Shown one piece after another: positions 56,801-64,000 of a stretch of DNA of 64,000 bases; position 1 is the first letter of the stretch; each line of letters opens with the position of its first letter. Source of the stretch: Laetmonice hystrix. Lineage: Eukaryota. The stretch covers positions 15,004,001 through 15,068,000 of the forward strand of contig OZ249445.1 in NCBI GenBank assembly GCA_965235115.1, in the 5' to 3' direction. The notes under the pieces are model-generated. The model was not told the origin of the DNA, ran no database searches, and worked only from the letters and a program-made list of their open reading frames with translations. The position numbers and the translations under genes were made by a program.

Positions 56801-59800
56801 ACCAGACTCTCAGACACATAATCCCCAATGCTTGCCACTCACGGTAAATTGACGGTTTTACGTCCTGAGGACGAGAACAAGGCTTTCATTTATCCTTCCA
56901 GTTCCATAAGGAAAAACGGAACACAACTTTGAAACCCTTTACGGTACTTCCTATCATTTTCTGTTTGAACTAATTCCATACAGAGACCGGGAGCCTGACG
57001 GTTACATTATCCTTCTATGCTGGCCACATTAAGATCAGGACTAAAGGAACCACCTCGAAACAACCATACTACACATGCTACCTTGATAGATACAGCTGTA
57101 ACTTCTTGAAAATAACCTCGGGCTACATAAAAACTCCTGTCCTACTATGCCAAGTCCAGCCGTCCTTTGAAGATAAAAACTTCATCACAATTCACTTGGC
57201 AGAGTGCAATTAGAATAAGGACTTCTTTTTTGTTTGGGGGGGGGGGGGGGGCATCACTGAGGGGAACAACCATCGTTACAAAACAACTCGAACAAATTTA
57301 TTCATGATAACTGCGCTCCATGCTTGGAATTCTAACGCCCTGAAGCGCCCGATCATTTGCGTCGTTACAAACATGTGACCTCGACAAGGGCAAAACTATC
57401 AGTTCTTCCTGAGCTCCCTGGAATCTGTAATGACCGCAAGCCAGCTGCCAACGCTGGGAAATTCCAGAAACTGGGACGGTTCGGTTTCTACTAATTTACA
57501 ATTACATGTGCTTCATATTCATTACGATATCTAATGCAATAGAACTTTATATCCAAACAACAATCCATAACAGTCCATAACAATCCGTAACAATCAAAAA
57601 CAGGTGAAGAAATTATCCACGTCCTGACAATGGTCATTGGCTTTAGAGAAATACAGTGCCGGGTCCCCACTGTGTTACAGATAACTCCAGGGAGGAGTCC
57701 TACCAAGCTGTTATGTATAGCGCCACCAATCACAATTAATTACTTACCTGGTCAGCCTGTGAACTCCAATTACAACCGCTAATTGACCCAGTATGTTAGA
57801 TATCCACAAACTCACGTCAATCTATATCAAGTTGATGGTAGTACTTTGGTTGCGACTTGGCCAGGGTAACCAAATAGAGTGAAAACCGATGACCTAATTG
57901 GCACTTAATGAAACATTATGGATTGTATTCAGATGACCTGCTTCCTCAAGGCAAGGCTACGGTTAATTGTATGGACAGATTTGAGAGTGAACAGCTTGTT
58001 CAAATGTCAATTATCTTCCATCCAATGACCAGAGAAAATACCAACACAGACTGAGATTGAATTTGAAGCAGCAGGAAGAATTGGAATCGTTTGGAATCAC
58101 GCTCAAATGTCTATTCATACTACATAACATATGTTTACTTCTATGATCACCAATTCCAGGGAGAGAAATTGAAATTTAAACAAATAGGCAAATACAACTA
58201 CAAATCCCCAGTATGTCAGCGAAGAGTATGTTGTGATCGTAGTGTAGAAAACCCATGTTGCTTGTGACGGATTTCACCGTTGAGCAGGAGTATTTAGACC
58301 ATGATGACACCGACCATTTCCATCTCTCTGAGTTATTACACGCTGGATAAAACAACTCATTCCACACATTCCATGTCTATCCCTCGGCGCTACTCTAGGC
58401 CTACTAATGGCAACTAACAAAGCAATCCAATAGCAAATCTTGTTACTACTCTCGGTAAGGGAAAGTTTACAGTCTACTTTACTTTTAGTGGGACCTTTTT
58501 CTTTTTTTGGTTGGGGGGAGGGGGATACGAATATTTTATTTTACTTCATTTTTCAATTTCTTCAACAGCCATTAACAAGGCTATTATCAAGGTTATTAGC
58601 TTCCATCTGATTACCCTTATAACATCCTGCCATGAAAGCCAAGAAAAAATATAAACCGAGTCGACTCCCTCACTCAACCCGCCTCCCTTAAACTGCCACT
58701 GACCAGGATGTGCCCGTTTACCTGTATAGAAACGTTCCCCTCCGTACCGATCTCAGTCTTTGTGGTACCTTCTCTCAGATCATGACTCACCCTTCCTCAC
58801 TGTGACATCACCTAGCACCATAACAAGCTGCTCAGTTACCATGGCAACCAAGCAAACACTGTAATAAGCATGATTAATGAGGAGCCAAGGGTTTGCCGCG
58901 ACTTCCTTGTACCCATGTAAGCCACCCATTCAACATAAGAGGTTTTTCTTGTGACGTCAGGCTTACAGTTCGGTAGGTCTGAGAGTGGTGGAATCCAGAC
59001 TGAATGCTTTGAGGAGTTTCTCACGGTATCGATACGGTTACACGCCTGACTGCCCACTCTCTGACAGAACAAGACATGTCTGGGATCAGGATCTCCTCAC
59101 GACCTCCTCAGTTACTGCTGGTGTGCTTTAACACCATGCTGGGGAATCACGACTGCTATACTGCAAAACGTCTTCAAATACCTGGCTTCATTTCTCCCGG
59201 AGTCCAAGATTCGGGATGGCTTCAATATCTGAACGAGTTTAGAAACAATCCGGGTTAGATAGCGAGCGCAGTTTCCTTGCCCACACTGCAGGGCTGTTGA
59301 TACGGTGTACATGACCGTCTCTACATGACACTTCTACTTGACCTCTAATAAAACCTATAACTTATTCATAGATGAAATCCTCATCTCTCTCTCCCACTTT
59401 AGAATACAGCCGTGCCTCCTCTGGGAACAAATAGTATCGTTTGCATATATTTTCATATTTGCAATTTCATGCAAAATTCTTTGGTGGTACCTTTTTGTAT
59501 TCACTACAAGTCGACTGAAAAGAATGTTATTTCTGATAAATGCTGACCGAGCAGACTCTGTCTGACATGATTGGGGCCATCTTCAATGAGACATGGCAGA
59601 CACTCCAGGTCTTGGAAGATAGAATCTACTTGGCCAACCTTTAGGTTATGTAACATCAGACGATTCGACTGCTGACAAAGCAGGCCTTGGTCGTCGTTTA
59701 ATGGACATCAGATTCAGTCAGCCAAGACTAGGTTGGCTGGCTGTGACAGGTTGTATATGAGACCCTGTATATCTGAGAGTAGAACTCGATGGGGACGGCT

Positions 59801-60461
59801 TGTCTCGGGTATAAAGGCAGTACGCCGGCCACATACCGGGACCGGGGGGAGGGGGGACATGGGTCTCTGATTGTTGGACTCCGAGACCGGCTCATATCGT
59901 TTGCCAACTCTCACATTATGTGCGTTCACAATGGACCGTGAGGCAGACTTTCAATGAAACGGCAATATGCATTGGATTCCGACACTGAAGTCTCACCTGC
60001 ACGAGTGGGTGGGTGGATGGCCCCCACCTGATCACATGGTACACCTGAGCTGACAATCTTACCTGATGATTGGTATAGGTCGTATTAAGATTAACTGTCG
60101 GTTTGGCCATTCCTGACATACGAACAATATTTCATAATATTAACCAACCCATTCTTGCCGTATGTACGTGTTTAGGTCACACTTCTCAGCCGTGAACTAA
60201 AATACTGGCCATACACCTCAATCTTTCCAGTCGGCAGAAGATCTAAGTGCCGCCTTCGTAGGGAAACGTCCTATTGCTAGTTATGGTTATAATAATTATA
60301 TCATTGGTTCCACTGACCCTAAACATTCCAAGCATGTATCCACATGGTGCTAACATCAATTATCAAGAAATGTCAACAATGGAGAGAACCAGATTTAATG
60401 GGAAAAGGGTGTCTGGTCACCAGGTCCAAGCGGCCTCCACTGATCCAATCCCAGGTCCCAT

Positions 60462-60511
60462 GTCTACCACGCTTACATTACACCACGTCTACCACGCTTA
60501 CATTACACCAC
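60462..60511. repeat. 25-bp tandem duplication gtctaccacgcttacattacaccac x2
   Basis: Read directly. Confidence 0.85.
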
Positions 60512-63500
60512 TGGCACTGCCACTGTAACATGAGACACCTGCTGCACGGCGAAAAAATACGACAAATTAATTCAATTCAGCCCAGTCTGAGGCTGAAATA
60601 CACCCGTGACGTTAGCGGGATACACGCCAGGCTTTACCTGACCCATAAACAGGCAAAATAGGCTGTTGGAGACGTGAAAGGGCAAGTTCCTCCATTGTGA
60701 GGTGTCCTCAAAACGACCTTGTATCTCAAAGTCCATTTTGACAGGGATCGAGATAGAGGCTGGTTAATTGATAAATTGGTGGTTGTTGAACGCCACGTCG
60801 ACATTCGAGGTCAAATCATGGTCACAACATGCAAATGTTACGCCGTAATGTGTCCGGTGATGCTGATTTTAACAGGTCGGACATCTCTCATTGGACCCAA
60901 TAATTGTCGTTTTTTTATATTTTGGGACTAGTGTTGTAAATCTGGCGAACATCTGAGAGGACCTTTATTTTTAAGTTTATTCTGTGATAGTCAGGATGGA
61001 TCAACAGGTGGAGAAACCTGGCAAAGTGGGGATTTCATATCCAAAATCTGGAAGCCCACTAAAAACATCATCTATGTATCGGCTTCGCTGCCCTAAAATA
61101 AATACCTAGCCCTACTGCTGTTCCAAAACATTTAACCTCATTTGTTGTCCAATGGCAAGGCCGTTCAATTTGAAACAAAAACTCTTGTCAAAATGCTCAA
61201 TGTTACTTGATAATGGATGATGTCAGTCTACAGTCCGTGTTCGAGGTAGGAAATGTCTGAAATCTTCGTTTTTCTTGTAAGGCTCAGTGGGTTAGCAAGG
61301 TGTGTTGCCAAGTTGGCTGTCTTATTTTGTAAGTTATCAGGCTGAGCGCATGCATGGGCGGCCTGTGGCTGATTACTTGGTGTCACCTGAAATCTCCAAG
61401 CTAACCCAGAGAAAGCAACAACTGTGTAGCCTGAACCACCAACCGCACCAGCGCCCCACTCAGTCTCTGCACGGCCTACTTGCTGCATACCAAATATCTT
61501 GCCGACATGACCGGTCAGGTTGAGCGAGACAGGGCGAACATATAATATAAGTATATAAAGCCCTGACCGCCTCCAGTGACAAGAAAAAAAATCAGGTCAT
61601 CACCACACATAAGGCCGGGGGAAAAAGCGTAAAGTGAGCACTGCAGTATAAATATTCTGATCTTTTATCGCAAAGCAGGAATACCCAATCAATACGGGAG
61701 GGGAAGCCACCTGTTGTCTTTCTGCACACTGGAATTGTCCTTTTTCATGATTTTATCAACTGTGTCATGAACAAGTTGTGAAGTAAGGCCTCCTCGGGCA
61801 GCCTACCCGGGGCAACAATTGTAAGCAGAGAGGTCTACAGAAAGAGGGCGCATTCTTGGTGCAGTGCCCAGGTTTTTATACTGATCACGGACGGTGGGCT
61901 GCACGCTTGATGTGTCCACACAGTCTGTATCACAGGTTCATTTTTAATACCAATACACCCACCTACTGACACGTACTATGAAGTACTGGGATCAACCTGG
62001 AAAAAATACCAGCAAGTCGTCAACGTAATACATACCATATCAAAATATTTGGCTCTCTACGGAACATTTCAATGCCACAACATACACGCACTTCATCACT
62101 CTTGCAAACACAACGGCTCTACAGGATTTAAAGTACAAACAAAACTTTCTTCAAACTTAGAATATTTGAGAAAAGGCCAGAGTTGGAGGATTGGCTGGAC
62201 ACCCTCTGGCCCAATGACCAGTTTTGCCCTTTTGCAGGCGATGAGATTAGACAAATAAGTAAACCACGCCTTGGAAGGTTCCTACAGAAACAAGCCTTCA
62301 AGTTTGACTGTATACCATGTATCCGGTACTCGTCTACCCTGAGGGCACTACATCTGACCAAGTGCACGACCGTATCTTGCCATAGGAAAGGCCAGATATG
62401 GTACTATGAATCTATGAAATCTGTCCTGGCCTGACACGTTCTGCATGGTGTGAGTTTGTGGTAAAGGTACCTCGTGGATGAACACAGACAACGACCTTCT
62501 ACCTCCTCAGTCATACACCCATCCCTGAAAGGTCACCCCATCCCCCCCCCCCACCCCCGAAAAAAAACGGTTATCGAGTTCACTGAGAAATGGTGGGGTG
62601 TCTCGTCAACTGACATGGCGTCGACATTTGTTATTCAACCTATAGAACCCGGTCTTTGCCTGCCACCTGTTTGATTATTATAGCTCTAGAACCTGGTCAA
62701 CGTTTTCTGTGTGTCTGACATTCAATATACAGAACCTGATACAGTGACCAATGTTTCCTGTATATAAACTCAACCATATTCATATTGAACAGTTTCCAAC
62801 ACGACAATATGTTTTACGCTTCCAGTCACCAGCCCTACCAACCAATGTACCCATGTACCCACTCTGTGAACACTATGCACACAACGACTCCACAATCCTA
62901 GCCTTGAAAAAAATACGGCCAAATAAAATCTCCCCACCCTGAGGGAGAACCCCCTGTTGTCAGGTTTATAACAAACAGACTGAGCCGGAGAAGCTCAATG
63001 AACCCCATCGGGAGCAGCAGCGACAGGCAGACAACCTGGACACTTTTCCTTGCCTTGTTTGCTTGGCACATTTTTTTATCCCTGATCCCACAATGCTGCG
63101 TGTTTGCAGTGAATTGAATATTCCCAGGTTAAACCGACACCAGAAAGACACCTCAGGCCGGACACAAAGCTTCAGTATCAACGCTATCCTATTACTTAGG
63201 GTCAGGTTAACACGATGGTCAACCGGCTGCCGATTAATTGTATACTGTATCCACGACAGGTTTTTTTATTTACTTGGGGGAGGGATGTCTGTATATATAC
63301 ACAAATATATAGTAAACTTGGATTTCTTACAAAGCAAAACTTGTTTCTAGTTGATATACTATTGGTGGATCATTGGTGCACTGCATTAATGTAAGGACTC
63401 AACGGCTAAAGTTTGAACGCAATGATTGTTAGAATCAGGATCATCAATATATATATGAGCCTATCATCAACCAACTTCAGATCATGTTGTCAGACACGAA

Positions 63501-64000
63501 ACATTGCTTATAATGGCCGGAGGGAACGGCATGCTATCATATTGACCTCACAACACATTGCATTTAATGAGTCCTAATGAACATGCATGAATGATTTACA
63601 TCTAGTATAGTATGCATTTATATATTGGTAAGTAGACTGCAAAAATATAAAAAAAAACCTCCCCCCTTCTTTATGTGCAATACAGCAAACGCCCAGAGAC
63701 ATCTCAGATCAAAATGTGGCTAGCCGAGTTTGCACTTAGAGCTGCCAACATACTGGTACTGCAATGTCATCTCCACTGGCATTGTGACTTTGTCCCCTCC
63801 CAGGTGCCAACGCTTGCTGTAAAAGGTGAAACAACAAAGGTAGGGCTGCTGTTTAAAACTTGCAGCTTGAGCACACAAAAACACAGCCAAATGCCAAATG
63901 CTTCCTGTCTAGCAAACACATTAGAAATCTGCCGTGTTCACTAACTTCAATTAAATAGAACAAATAAGATTAGCATAAAATAGTGTTCATCACAGCGTCT

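Noticed and set aside
13668-57252. Scattered poly-G/poly-C tracts (e.g. 13668, 15860, 21364, 52496, 57236)
   Set aside because: Ordinary homopolymers without an evident pattern; lengths may be sequencing-sensitive
54000-64000. A separate protein-coding gene upstream
   Set aside because: Only short ORFs with no recognisable domains or consistent exon chain

Overview
This is eukaryotic (probably invertebrate metazoan, by inference) genomic DNA. It is dominated by one spliced gene on the minus strand spanning at least 3606-49242. Manual splice-site reading gives 27 coding exons and about 4,000 aa if all are included. From 5' to 3' they are: 16 exons that each encode one complete NHERF/EBP50-type PDZ domain (all phase 1-1), one 47-nt phase 1-0 exon, nine phase 0-0 low-complexity exons (including a 3.4-kb exon with about 49 Tyr-Glu repeats), and a terminal exon ending in an ERM(FERM)-binding motif (..LSMKEKYDMFQKM*). 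This identifies a NHERF/SLC9A3R-family gene, but with 16 PDZ domains rather than the usual 2 (NHERF1/2) or 4 (PDZK1/NHERF4). The start codon and 5' exons could not be fixed. Introns and upstream DNA contain a TIR/TSD-bounded MITE, a fold-back element and several minisatellites. No CRISPR array, RNA gene or second gene could be supported. All exon boundaries are hand-inferred from GT/AG signals and frame continuity, without transcript evidence.
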